64,000 nucleotides of DNA from Octopus vulgaris (taxonomy: Eukaryota): assembly GCA_951406725.2 (NCBI GenBank), contig OX597824.1:56048001-56112000 (forward strand), written 5' to 3'. Position numbers and translations under genes: made by a program. Positions 1-12,907 of this stretch are shown here, in pieces. Every line of letters starts with the position of its first letter. Position 1 is the stretch's first letter. The notes beneath the pieces were generated by a model. That model saw nothing but the letters and a program-made list of their open reading frames with translations. It did no database searches and was not told the DNA's origin.

Positions 1-230
1 TCCTCTCCACCTTCCTTCTTGGATGCAACATATATCAACACGTCTCCGTTCAAGCCTCTCAACAATCTCACCAGACCTACCTTTCAGTGTGCCAATATTG
101 AGAGTGCCAACCCTGATGGTGTGGGAGGTATGGGCCCTAGAGACCCTGGGACAGGGAGCAGTGGCGTCATGTACCTGAAGAGAGAGCTCGCATTTGGCAG
201 AATTCATAAGCAAAGCAATGATCTTAAGTT
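1..230 (-). mobile_element. RTE-clade LINE, 5' part (start of APE endonuclease), running off the window edge
   Basis: Minus strand reads GTLKGRSGEIVERLERRRVDICCIQEGRWRG. Homologous to 24373-24564 (NVGTLKSRSGEIVEMFEWRHVDVCCIQKVR). Confidence 0.8.
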
Positions 231-1469
231 CAACCTGCTTACACTACACTATCATGTTTTGCACCGTATGGTTACTACCTTATATAGTAGGGGTGGTGTT
301 GGCGTAAGGCCTTTAGGTGTTCATGGAAGACAAGCAAAGGAAAACGAGATGAGATAAGGATTTCCAGTACAGGTAGAGGGGGTGGGAGGGCGGGCGCACC
401 ACCGCGAACTGGGAACGATGGGGTAGGAATTTAAGCGACAGGAAAGACTGATAGATAGGCAAATAGTGTAGGAATTGAATAGACAGAGTGATGACCGATA
501 GATGAGGGAGAAAGACAAGATTAGAGATGAAATGCTGTGTGGTCGTGTGAATAAGTTTCTATGAGTGAAGGTATGTGTTGTGAGGAAATGCTTGAGCTTA
601 GCTGCTATTTTTCATCCTGAGGTTCGTGTTTCGTGTTTACAGCCAGGGTATGGAAGTCAGATAGAAAGGGTCAGGCCGTGTGCATTGGTTTTTATAGGGG
701 AGGGGAGTTGCAGAGAGGGTGAGTAGGAAGCAGGGCGTATTGGCTAGGTGGGTGGAATCGAAAGAAAGTGAGATATAGACAGAGTGACAGTCCATAGTGA
801 GAGAGAGAGGCATAGTGATAAAGAGAGGGGAGACACGACATGAACAACCGCGAACAGGGAACGATGGGGTAGGAATTTAAATATATACATACACACATAC
901 ATATATGTATGGGTATGTGTAGTTCTATATGATAAGATTATATAATTATTTTCCTTTCCCCCCACACTCAAATGAATAATATCAAATATGATTAATATAA
1001 TATCTTATCCTAATATTATTTCAAATATCAATTTTTCAATTTAATTAAATTTTCCATTTTCATTTTTCTGATGCAATAAATACTAAAATAGTTATCTCCT
1101 CTTATTAATTTGAAAATTATGTATGCTATATATTATTTTATAAGCTTTTATGTTTGAATTAATATATAAACTTAATTTTTTCTAGATAAATATATGTATA
1201 TACTAGCTGGTGTGCCTGGTAATTCCCAGGGGTAAAGATGTTCTATTTAAATGCCTTATTACTATGGTATAGAAAAGTAATTTCGATATAACTGCTACAA
1301 AAGGTGTACTTTCTGTCATGAAAAAGTACAAAAAACTGTAAGCTGGAGGAGGGAGGTTGTCAAGAGAGATTGTTGGAGGTTGTTGAGGGAGGTTTTCGGA
1401 GGTTGGTGAGAGAGGTTGCTGGAGGGAGGAGCATCTCTGTTCCAAAATTTCAATCTTGTGTTACTCAAT

Positions 1470-1570
1470 GCTTTTGATTTTGCCATTGGGTGCATAGACG
1501 AATAAATTTTTTGGATTTCCAATTCTATAGCATCCAACATAGAGCTGTCCATGAGAAAAAGCTGGATTGG
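1470..1570 (-). pseudogene. Helitron PIF1-helicase C-terminal remnant
   Basis: Minus translation PAFSHGQLYVGCYRIGNPKNLFVYAPNGKIKS matches the PIF1/Helitron motif FSHGQLYVAxSRV. Confidence 0.85.
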
Positions 1571-2439
1571 AACACACTTATTAGATACGTTCTGGAATCA
1601 AAAATTTGTCTACTGTCATTGAAAATGTTTAACTGGAAAAATGCAGAATTATCAGTTATGGGCATTCAAAGTGCGATGAAATTTAATTGAAAACCTTGCA
1701 TGCATTGCCAGCATTTAGTTATTCGGAGATGTTGAAAAAATGTCTATTAATGCAGCGTCTAAATTAATTACATCAATATATATAACTGTTTAGATATTGA
1801 AGTAGAATAGATGAATAATTGTTTGATTTAGTTAATATCAAACAATGAATCAGAGACTTGCTTGAGATTTCCGTTGTGGCATTAGAGCAGCTTGTGAAGT
1901 AGAAGTACCCACTTGTACTCTTATTCTTTGTAGCATTTTAAGGGTTAATTTTATCAAGGCTAATTTATTAAAGCTAATATATAAATGCAGTATATATAAG
2001 CACAAAAAAGTGTGTATGTGTATAAATGTATGAATGAAATCTTTAAGGGTTAAGATTCCAATCAAGAAAGTGCAATGATAAGGTTTAGCAGTTCAAAACT
2101 ATGAGTAGTGAAATGCAGAATTAGGTCTGCTGATCATGAGGATCAAGTATTGATTGCTTTATGGGTTATTTCCCTTAAGTATTTAAATAAAATATATTAG
2201 TTATATGTAGTAGCTATAAGGATCTGTTCCATGGGCTCTATTATTGATTTTTTTCAATAATCTGAGTATTTCACAAGGTTTCCAGACATGAGTTCTACTC
2301 ATGTGTCAAGTTTCATCAAAATTGAGAAAACGATGTAGGAGGGGTTAGCTAACAACTCCACAAACAAACACACCCACAGACAGAATTTCCCACATATAGC
2401 TGAAGGTGACGCACTCTACGTGCGGGTAAGAGTGTGGTT

Positions 2440-2772
2440 GTTATTTTCTGTTGCTTCCTTTCAGCACGTAAAAAGCACCATCCGAACGTGTTCGATTGCA
2501 GCGCCGCCTTGACTGGCTTCTGTGCCGGTGGCACGTAAAAAGCACCAACCGATTGTTTGCTGCTGCGAGCCCCCCTGGCACCTGTGCCGGCGGCATGAAA
2601 AAAGCACCCACTACACTCACAGAGTGGTTGGCGTTAGGAAGGTCATCCACTTGTAGAAACACTGCCAGATCAGACTGGAGCCTGGTGCAGCCTCTTGGCT
2701 TCCCAGAGTCCGGTCAAACTGTCCAACCCGTGCTAGCACGGAAAACGGACGTTAAACGATGATGATGATGAT
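2440..2772 (+). mobile_element. 3' end of the RTE LINE family (5'-truncated) with (ATG)n tail
   Basis: Contains gtgccggtggcacgtaaaaagcacc motifs, gagtggttggcgttaggaagg and gctagca.ggaaaacggacgttaaacgatgatg, all shared with RT-bearing copies elsewhere in the window. Confidence 0.85.
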
Positions 2773-3448
2773 TCTCCCTCTTTGTTTCTCTCTCACTTTC
2801 CCACTCTCTTACTTTTCTTTTCTCTCGGACTCTCCCTCGCTTTCTCTTACTCTCTATCTTTATCTATCTCTCTCCCATTTATAAACAACAAAAGATCTTG
2901 AGTAAGTTGAGAAATAAAATATTTAGAAAGATCAACCATAAATATCAGGCAGTGGCAACGGAAAGGTCTGCTTCAAGGCAGACAGCAAAACACTAACATT
3001 TAAAAGGGACAGACGAACTTGCGAGCTGAATAAAAATAATAAAATATTGGAAACCAAAGTTTGAAGGGATAGAATGTGAGGATAGTAGAGTCACCATGGC
3101 TGGCATTTCTTAACGACGGACAGCAACGTATTGACAGTTTAACGGCTGGCGTAAAATTTTGAACTTGATGTAAAAGAAAATTCGTAAACACCAAGTTTTG
3201 AAGTGATTCTTTCTCACGACAGTAGACTCACCATGGCAAGCATTCAAAACTTCATCATGGACGGCAACACATTGACGATTAAAAGGCTGGCCCAAATTTT
3301 TTAGCTTGATGTAACAAAGAATTCCTAAACACTCGCTCCTTTAAATTTTAATCCCCTTCCAGCCCCATTTAGACCCCTTTTCACATTTTGGTTAATATAA
3401 CCCGATTTCATTTGGGTCTACTGGGGCCACATTTTATAAGATGAGGAC

Positions 3449-3644
3449 TCAACCAATTTTCCCAAGTTCTGGTCATAGACCATAGAACACTCAACCAAGT
3501 TTCCCGAGTTCTGGTCATAGATCATAGAACAGTCAAGCAAGTTTCCCAAGTTCTGGTGATAGACCATAGAACACTCAACCAAGTTTCCCGAGTTCTGGCC
3601 ATAGACCATAGAACACTCAACCAAGTTTCCCGAGTTCTGGTCAT
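3449..3644. repeat. 42-bp minisatellite, about 4.6 copies
   Basis: Unit caaccaagtttcccgagttctggtcatagaccatagaacact. It produces the 14-aa repeats in spurious ORFs. Confidence 0.95.
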
Positions 3645-4912
3645 TTGCAGAATAAATAGAGACGGCGAAGGTGGCAGCCGTCGTTGCAATGTAAACATGA
3701 TTTGTTTTAAGAGAAAGATTGTCCAGATTGTGTGTTGGTGGTAGTGGTGGTGGCGATGATAATTATCTTTATGAATGGAGATAAAGAGAAATTGAAGGGG
3801 AGTTAGAGGTAGAAAGAAAAGGTGTAAATTTTGGAGTGAATCCGACGGGATGTAGTTGGCTTTAACCCCGGCAAAAAAAATAATATCTGTTGCGTTTCTG
3901 AAAGAGGTGAAGTAGGAATATTGAAACTTTTGCGGCTGTCATTGATAGACTCGTTGCAGAATAAATAGAGATGGCGAAAAAAGAGAGAGCTCGAAAAAGA
4001 AAAGGTGATATATGAAAGAGAGGACGGGGAAAATGAAATATTTTGCAATGTAAACATGATTTGTTTTAAGAGAAAGATTGTCATGATTGTGTGTTGGTGG
4101 TGGTGGCGATGATAATTATCATTAGGAAAAAGAGTGAGGAAGACATATACATAAGTTGTGGTGATGATAATTCTAGACCCCTTTTCACATTTTGATGAAG
4201 AGAACCCGATTTCATTCGGGTGTACTGGGGCCACATATAGGTGTGTGTGTGCACGCTGTAGAAATTAAATTAGAGATAAAACCACTAATAGGGAAATGAA
4301 ACAGTAAAAAACCAAAAACATAAAAATAAAAATATAATATTAGATATATGTATATATGTGTGTGTGTGTGTTGACAGGTAGACAATAGAATGCGATGGCG
4401 ATGTAATATTTGTTTCTGTCTATGAACGCAGATAGATACATGAGTAAAATGTATGGGAAGCTAAGAGATAGAGTGAGTGAAAATGTTCTTGGAAGAGAGG
4501 AAATAGCGAGAGAGTGATTTGAGGAAGACTTTACATTAAATAACAGGAGTGGACTTGTCAAATGAAGAGGAGTGAGAGGGTACTGGAGGAAATAGCGTGA
4601 GTGAGGAAGATGGCCCCTAGCAACCACACCTTTTAAGATAGGGATTTCTAAGGTAGCCCACGAGCATCGTCACCTCATTCTACATGTCCCTGTAAATTTT
4701 GGAGTGAATCGGACAGGATGTAGTGGCATTGAAAGCGATCCAAGCGGTAAAAACGCATTTCAGTTTTATATATAGAGATTTATTTATATGTATAGGATTG
4801 TGTATGCATGTGTGCTGTAAGTATAAATATATATAAAAAAAACATATATGTATGTTAACTCATGTATATGTGTGTATATATATATATGTATGTATGTGTA
4901 TATATAGATATA

Positions 4913-4956
<44 letters not shown>

Positions 4957-5198
4957 CAAATATGAATATGTAATATATAAGATATAGAGATTATTTTATT
5001 TAATTTTACTGTGATTTAGCTTGTTTTTTGTATTTAGTTGATTTTATTTTTGTTTTTGTTCCCCTAAATAGAAAAATAGTTATGTCCCCTGTATTAACCT
5101 AATATAAAATTGAAATTAACGTCAGTTTAAAATTAATGTATAAATTTTTTATTTTGATTTTTAATTAATTTATAAACTAAGTTTTTAGTATATATATA

Positions 5199-5463
5199 CT
5201 AGCAGTATCGCCCGGCGTTGCGGTTTGTTTAGACCCTTTAAAATTGGAATTTTTGAAAAATAAAAATTTGGCAGTATGTAGCTTGTTATTCTCTTTAAGT
5301 GAAATACACCGATAAATAGTGACACAGCAGTTAAAACATCGTAAAAAAATAGGGATTTTCATAGAAAAAGGCACCTTTTTGATGTAAATAATTTTTGGTG
5401 TTAACATGGTCCGATTTGAATTTTTTCTTCTACGGAAGGAAGAGTGAGCCTTCTTCTATTATA

Positions 5464-5504
<41 letters not shown>

Positions 5505-5783
5505 CTGCAAAATGGACTCCTTATTCAATCGGAATTAGGGACTTTGCAGACTTCGAAACATATGTCGAAAATAAAATAAAGGAATTTTGTTAAATCTTCG
5601 TTCAGCTCCATTCTTTCCTATACTTAATATGTAAAACTTCAAATTTCCGCACTAAGGCACGGATTTTATGCCCCATGGTCGTAACTTCAACCGTGCCCTT
5701 TCTGTTGTGAATTTTGCTACCCAGGTATTGGTTATCTTTCGAATTATCCGTAATAAGATAATTCATTTATCTACTTCAATAAT

Positions 5784-5814
<31 letters not shown>

Positions 5815-6071
5815 GTGTATGTATATATATATATATATATATAAAGTTAATCCAAACAAGAAAGCACAAAAAAACACAACGCTAGAACGTGGAACAAATA
5901 TAGTATTATTGGACGCTCAGGAAAGAAGGACGGTTTAACGTTTCGAGCGGAGCTCTTCGTCGGAAACATAGGAGAAGGAAAGATCCAGAGAAGGGAAGAC
6001 AGAGGGAAAAAAATCGCCAACGGTACACACGCGGTCACATTTTGAATATATATACATACATATATATATGA

Positions 6072-6106
<35 letters not shown>

Positions 6107-6503
6107 TACGGAAAAAACCCTCCAGGCTACATCCCGAAAATTCATTTCTTTGCTGAATTTCTACAACGTTTACGGCAATTCGTTTTTATATCTTGATTTT
6201 TTTATTTTTCATGCAATTTACACATGCTTGCATTCGTGGTGAACACAGTTATCGTCAAACAGCTGACTGAGTAAAGTTCACTATTCAATGCATGGGATAA
6301 GGCCTAAACAAACACATTATTGATTTTTGCACTTGCGAGATTAATTTCGGAACAGAAATAGCGCAGTTCAATTTTCATTCGCCTAAACTTTAAGTGACCC
6401 ATTTTTGATGGTTCTACGATTTGTTGGCTAGGAGGAGATGTGCCGGGAAGTTAAACACACAAACACACACAGAGGCACACAAGTTGAGTTTTATATATAT
6501 AGA
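5199..6503 (-). mobile_element. Non-autonomous Helitron with internal (TA)n tracts and a nested element
   Basis: Minus-strand 5' A|TCTATATATATAAAA and 3' ccgcaacgccgggcgatactgCTAG|T. The 3' terminus is nearly identical to the element at 53513-53900. Confidence 0.7.
5843..6042 (-). mobile_element. ~200 bp (TA)n-embedded element with hammerhead-like motif (probable Penelope-like terminal repeat or non-autonomous derivative)
   Basis: Flanked by (TA)n. Shares its layout (pyrimidine tract, hammerhead-like motif, ctgagcg..taata..tttgtt.ccac) with 7841-8032 and 19881-20120. Confidence 0.65.
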
Positions 6504-6629
6504 TGAATATATAGAATTGTGTATGTATGATGTAAGTATAAATGTAGATAAATAGGTAAACTTATGTATGTGAGTAGGTATGTATATATGCCATCTAGAC
6601 TGAGGACTATGTACTGTAGTAACTTGGGA

Positions 6630-7556
6630 CATGAACCCATCAGTTTTTAATGAGCGATCGTCATGGAGTAGGAGTAGAAGTTTCCAAGAGACAACTCAAT
6701 CTCCTGCTGTCCAAGGTCCCAGAGGAATCTATATCATGGTAAGAAACTCAAGAGGGTAGCTGTGTCACACTCCCTCTTTCACCAAAAGCCAATTACATGA
6801 GACTGGCTACTGAAAAGTGATTGCACTGATGGTACTCCAGCAAGGCCACAGCCATGAAGACATTTGGTATTCCTCATACAAGATGAGAAAGGGCCAATTT
6901 TTATCGCGAGCTATCAAGGACAAGAGCAAAAAATGCTCTACGAAGCTTTTGAGCAAACTCAAGCATCCCCTCTAACTAAACATGCTTTGGTTTTTGTCAT
7001 ATAAGAAAAATTTCTACCAAAATCAGATGGTGAACAAACAGAACAGGCTTGTCGTGTCCCAAAAACATGTACCAAAAGTGATAAAAATCAGACATCCAGT
7101 CAACGTCATGGTGTTTGGAGTGATCACTGGTGATGGTGGCATTATGCCTCCATTTATCTCCCACACAACCTCAGACTCAACATGGAGGCCTATATCAAGT
7201 GCCCTGGGTCAAGAGGTTGGCTGCTGGAAGACTGCAACCCCTTTGATAATTATGTGTGGGGTATAGTTGAGCGAGAGACCAACAAAACTCCTTGTAATAC
7301 CAAAGATGAACTGAAGGCAAGGATTACAGCAGCATTCACCAACTTACACAAAGAGACTGCCCAGAAGCGTTGCAGGAGATTCCAAAGTCGTCTGGAGGCC
7401 ATGGTTGAAGCCAATGGTGATTTGATTGAATAAATTTGCTCTTTAGTATTTCAAGATATTTTTATGTAATTTTGTTAAATATATCTGTTAAAATGAGATG
7501 TCTGTGTTATTTTCATTTTTGCGTAATTTAGAGAACAATTTATTCACCACACCCTG
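6630..7556 (+). mobile_element. Degenerate Tc1/mariner-superfamily (maT/DD37D-like) transposon, 3' part
   Basis: Peptides HPVNVMVFGVITGDG and DCNPFDNYVWGIVERETNKT...RLEAMVEANGDLIE. The right TIR ends caccctg|TA. Confidence 0.8.
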
Positions 7557-7840
7557 TATATATAAAATTAAATAACAAATCATAAAAGCATGGCTTATTA
7601 GTAATTAGAACCTAAAGGTCACAAAAGTGACAGAGAGTATTGACTAGCACCGCTTTTGCTAAAGAAGAGTTAAAACAATTCAAAAAGCCACAAAATCAGT
7701 CTTAATGACTGACAAAGGGAGGTAAGTTCCCAGCCTACATAGGTCGTGGTTTTGAATTTTGATGTAAACCATTTTAATCCTCATCAGTGACTCTTAACAC
7801 CTAGGATTAAACTCAACTACCTCTGTCAGTCATATATATA

Positions 7841-8032
7841 GACGCCATGATAGATCGTTAGCTCCTACACGCATTTTTTCTCTCCTTGTTTTTTTCTGTG
7901 TATCTTTCTGTCAAAGAGCATAGGCTTGAAACGTAAAAGACTTTTTCTATTCATGAGCGCTATACTAATACATTTGTTTGTTTGTACTCCACCTGCCTTC
8001 GTCTTTTGTTTATTTTCGTAAACTTTCCCTTT
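7841..8032 (+). mobile_element. ~190 bp (TA)n-embedded element with hammerhead-like motif
   Basis: TA flanks and clear homology to 19881-20120. Confidence 0.65.
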
Positions 8033-9549
8033 ATATATATATTATAATGGAGAAAGCTGCTTATTAATTTGGACTGTAGCAGTTACTATAAGTACTTAAA
8101 AAAAGTAATTATTAAAGGCTTGACCATCTGGAAATTTTTCTATAAACTCCTGTTCCAAGAAATTTCCTATAATTCTGATTTTTGAACTTCAATTTTTCAC
8201 AAATTTAAATATTTGTTGCATTCACTGTGGAGTATTCCATTTTCATTTGCAAAGTCTCTCACTCTCTATTTCAATGTTTTCATTTCAAGTTCTAATTTGC
8301 TATTTGGAAAACTGACCTTTTATTCTATTAATGTGTACATAATGTAAAAATATTATTTCTTGAATGAAATTTTTTTAATATACCAGTATAATTTTTGTAA
8401 ATAAAGAAAGGAGTTTGTTGTTATGGCTATTTAGAATGCTATAAGCCTTACAATAATAACTAGTTGGACCAATGTTGGCTTTTTAACTTAAAAATCTATG
8501 AGAGGAGCCTTTTCAGTTAAAAAAGATAAATAAATAAAATTGTAAATATTTTCAGAGGAAAAGGTGAACAATTCAAGGGAGGTTTTGCTGTTGTTTGTAG
8601 TACAACCCAAACCACCCTCTCACATGTATTGATGTTTTTTCAATAATTTTCTCCCGTTAAAGGCATTTTATGGAATGATGATGCTGAAGTAACATATGTG
8701 TGGTCCATTGGTGGAATATAAGCAACAATAAAAATTGTAATCTAAATTGTTACCCCCACCTCAATCAAGCAAAGCTCTGTATGTGTGTGTGTGTGTAAGA
8801 AAAACATTTCCTAACGAAATTATGCTATTAAAATAAATTATCATTTGCGCAACACTCTTTTAAAATCACTGTGGATAAATGCCAGCAGTGACCTTCTCAG
8901 GCTCTCCAATATTTTAATTTCTAAACAGAAACGATCAGGGGCAGGGAGTGGGGTTTCAAAAGTTCATAATTTCTCAAATTTTCTTTGGTTGTGCTGGAAA
9001 CAACTGCCAAATTGCCCTCAGATCACTCACTTACCCCTCTGAAAATATTAATTTTTTTTATTTACTTACCAAACAGGCTCCTCCCATGGTTTTGAAGAGC
9101 AAAAAAATTGACCAAAATAGGTATGGTGTGGGATGATGAGGGAGGAGTGGTTTGCAAAAAAAAAATAAGAGTTTTTGAAACTTATTTTCATACAAAGATG
9201 AACCCACCAACCCCGTCTTTACGAAAGCTGTGATTTTAAAAAACTGGGGAAAATTCCTGTCAAAACAGAGTAGTTGTATTTTTTTGGTCTTCTTGCTCCA
9301 AAACTCCATTTTACTGAAACTCCTCTATCTACCACCTCAGAACAAATTGATTACAATTATAATTGTAATCTATGCCATTTGAAAGGGATTTGTATAAACT
9401 TTCATTAAAAGATACCTGTTTTCCTGAAAGTTATGAGAGAAAAATGTCAGATCATGTGAATTTTTCAAAACTCCTCTCTCCACCCCCTCAAAAAAATTCT
9501 TTCCATTAAATCCCTTTGAAGCAAGAACATCTAAGTGGTTTTGTAGAAA

Positions 9550-12370
9550 ATTTTGAAGATCATGCTTCACCACCTTGTCCCATGTCTTCCTGGGTCTACT
9601 TCTACCACAGGTTCCCTCCACACTTAGAGATTGGCACTTTTTTACACAACTGTCCTTGTTCAGATACATCACATGACCATACCAGCGCAGTCGTCTCTCA
9701 TCACATCTGATTCCTCTTATGCCTAAGTTTTCTCTGCCTTATTCTCTAATCTTATTCTCACAGCTACACTCTCGGAATATCCACCTCCACTACTAACCTG
9801 GTTGCCTAAATACTGGAAGCTATCTACTACCTCTACCCCCTCCCCCGGTGGTTAATGGAATCTGTTTCCCGGGGGCTTCCCCTGTCTTCATATGCTTAAT
9901 TGCTTTATCTACCAGGGTACTGTCAATTCAGGTAGCTGGTCCCTCAATTGGGTCAACATTTGGCAGACTCTCCTCCTCCCATTCATTCTCAACGTTCAGC
10001 AATCTTTCATAATGGCATCTCCAAGCCTCTTTCTTTACAGAATCATTAACCCTTTCGTTACTATATTTCTGACCAAAATACACCCCTCATGAGTTTCAAT
10101 TAAATTCTAAAATAATCATGAATCTAGGCTTGTTTCATTAAACAACTGTAACTTTTTTACTTATCAACATATTAATGTGATATTTGGAGCATAATTAAAG
10201 AAAGGGTTCTTAATCAATTCTATTGCATAACTTTTGTCTCAAAGGGACTTTAATTACAGGTAAATCCAGGTAAACTGAGCAAAAGGTAAAAATATTAAAA
10301 TTTTAAATTGAGCAAAAGGTAAAAATATTAAAATTTTGTTTAAACATCACCATAGAAAATGAATCATCAGCTAATATTCAAATGGGTATGCAACAAAATT
10401 TTGATAAAGAAGAATTGTGCACATCACTACATCATCAGTTGAATTTAATGCACAACAGGTGTACCATAAAGGTGGAATAAAGTGAAATACTGGAATCCAC
10501 CATAAGTTTGACCGAATTAAAGAAATCGGTCAAAAAATAATATACGGCCCTGGTTATGGTATGGAAGTGATAAATTCCAGACCACATCGTTCCCTAGGCC
10601 ATGCTGACTAACATTATTTTCCCTGTATAAAAACTAAATCCACACAGTACCCAGTATTTGCTTCACAAATTTTCCGAAATTTGAACTCCCAATTTGTGTT
10701 TGCTTACATATCGCTTCAAACAATAACTTCCAGACCACATCATACCCTAAGCCATGCTGAATAACATTAGTTTCCCTGTATAAAAACTAAATCCACAACA
10801 GTACCCAGTATTTGTTTCACAAATTTTCCAATTTGGAATCAATGCTTGATAACATGAAACTCCTATCCATTTTCAAAGTTGAAGAAAAATCGATGCTGAA
10901 AAAAATGTGGAAAAAAATCTCCCAAAATTCAGGGAATTAAAATTACACGTTGATCGTTGTACAAAGCTGTAGATGAACTGTTTACGAAGCATAATAACGT
11001 GTTTTCACGAATGTACTGAAGAGATTTGCTCTGATATTCTCATTTAAATATGAATAGGTAAATTCGGGCGGCTTTGGGCGGTTTGATAACGAAAGGGTTA
11101 AATACAAGTGCACCACCATCCATGCAGACACATTTCTCTCCTATGGCATCACAATTTTCTCTGACACTGTCTTGTAATCTGAAATACTTCAGTTTTTTGG
11201 TCCTCACTTTGCTGAACATAGGCAAACATTTTCTTTTCTACTGCTCCTTTGGCTAGATATACCTGTCTTCTAGCTTCCCTTCTGGCTATCTGATACAGTT
11301 CTCTGCTGCCTCTACTCTTCCAGGCCTGTTTTTTTGCTCTAATGGCCCTCTCTACAGCATTGTTCCGCCACCACATTACCCTTGGTCTGGAAGGGGCTTT
11401 GCACCAGCCACAGATTTGGTCTGTGGCACTCAGCAAGCTATCCCACAGGAATTCCCAGGAATTCCCCCTCTTTGTCACAAGTTTGTAGCTGCTCCTCACT
11501 CTCATCAAATTTCTCAGTTAAGTTGTCCCTAAATTTCTGACCATATGAAGGGTCCTTAAGTTTCCAAACCCTTCTTTTCCATATTGGTCTGCTTCTTGGC
11601 ATCCTTCTGGCCTGAAGTTTAAATTCGCTAAGTCTTTGCTGGGGGGGTACATTCTTCACCAGGGAGGGTCTTTGCATTTAAGAGCAACCATGCATCCCAC
11701 TGTCTGGTGAGAATGAAATCTATATATTATTTGCCAACCTAGTGTGGCAGTCCCATTTGGGGTGGTTGCTACTGTTGTTCAGCCCCAGAAGACATCGTCT
11801 CCAGCTGGCTATATGACACATGATCTGTGTCCCTATAGTTTCAAACTGGGGAGGTTAGCACCTCCTCCCAGCACAAAGCTGGGTTCTAACCTTCCCTGTC
11901 GAAAATATGACAGATTGTGCGTCATATAGCCATCTGGAGATGATGCCTCCTAGGGTTAAACAACAGTTGCATCTGCTCCAAACAGGACTGTCACATTATG
12001 TTGGCAAATAATCATTACTTTAAAGTGTTGCTACTGAATATCTCGCGTTGAGAGATTTAGGAACAACAATGAAACCTATCTGGCTAGCAGAGTCACCTTA
12101 TTGATAGGTTATCAGGTGGCCGACTGGCTTCCTGAAGTTGGTGTTGCAGATTAAAAGGTTATTTGCATCACAGACCTCCAGTTGCCTTGTTCCTTCTTTG
12201 TTTCAGGAACCAATTCCATGCCCCCCATGAACAACATGGTAGATACTGGGCTGCTGTCCAACATGACCATTGAAATCCCCAGCCACAAAGATGAGTATCA
12301 TTAAAGTGGTCCTTCTGTTCATTTAGTAGGCCCACTTGTGGGACGTAGACAGATATAATTGTAACTATAC
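9550..12370 (-). mobile_element. Degenerate RTE LINE with internal deletions, interrupted by a piggyBac-like MITE
   Basis: Peptides VKKCQSLSVEGTCGRSRPRKTWDKVVKHDL, QICGWCKAPSRPRVMWW and ISVYVPQVGL. Collinear with the copy at 22500-24560. Confidence 0.85.
10050..11097. mobile_element. piggyBac-like non-autonomous element (MITE)
   Basis: TTAA|CCCTTTCGTTA ... TAACGAAAGGG|TTAA. Removing it restores the RTE sequence. It has an internal ~155 bp tandem duplication at about 10570-10830. Confidence 0.9.
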
Positions 12371-12394
12371 GTGTAATCTGTGTACTATGCTGTA

Positions 12395-12871
12395 ACTGCG
12401 AAGACCCAGCAAATAAAGTGAGCTGTATCCTACAACAGTTTTGCATATCTAGCCCCAGCCCATTCAAAAGTACCTTGGATCGTAGGGCGACCTGCTGTAC
12501 TTGAGGAGACCTATTGAGTCAAGTACATCAACATCAAAATGAAAATCAAATGGAAATTGTAATTGAGATACCTGTGCCATCATCTGAACGTGGCCAATGC
12601 CAGTGCTGCCTTGACTAGCTTCCATGCCAGTGGCATGTAAAAAGCATCAACTGATTGTGGCCATTACCAGCCTCCTGGTCCCTGTGCCAGTGGTACGTAA
12701 AAAGCATCCACTACACTCACAGAGTGGTTGGCGTTAGGAAGGGCATCCAGCTGTAGAAACATTGCCTAATCAAACTGGAGCCTGGTGCAGCCTCCTGGCT
12801 TCCCAGACCCCAGTCGAACCATCCAACCCATGCTAGCATGGAAAACAGATGTTAAACAATGATGATGATAA

Positions 12872-12875
<4 letters not shown>
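12395..12875 (+). mobile_element. RTE LINE 3' end fragment
   Basis: Same 3' UTR motifs and (ATG)n tail as the other copies. Confidence 0.85.

Positions 12876-12904
<29 letters not shown>

Positions 12905-12907
<3 letters not shown>

Larger units (their letters stand above)
1203..4778 (-). mobile_element. Helitron-derived composite (non-autonomous) with nested inserts
   Basis: Minus-strand 3' end is a hairpin CCTGGG-aatta-CCAGG then CTAG|T at 1203. A candidate 5' end A|TCTCTATATATAAAA lies at 4778. It contains a PIF1 remnant. The two termini may belong to different elements. Confidence 0.55.

Noticed and set aside
8550-8570. ttttcAG-aggaaaag-GTgaac possible microexon
   Set aside because: It is 8 nt (frameshifting) with a weak donor and no other support.
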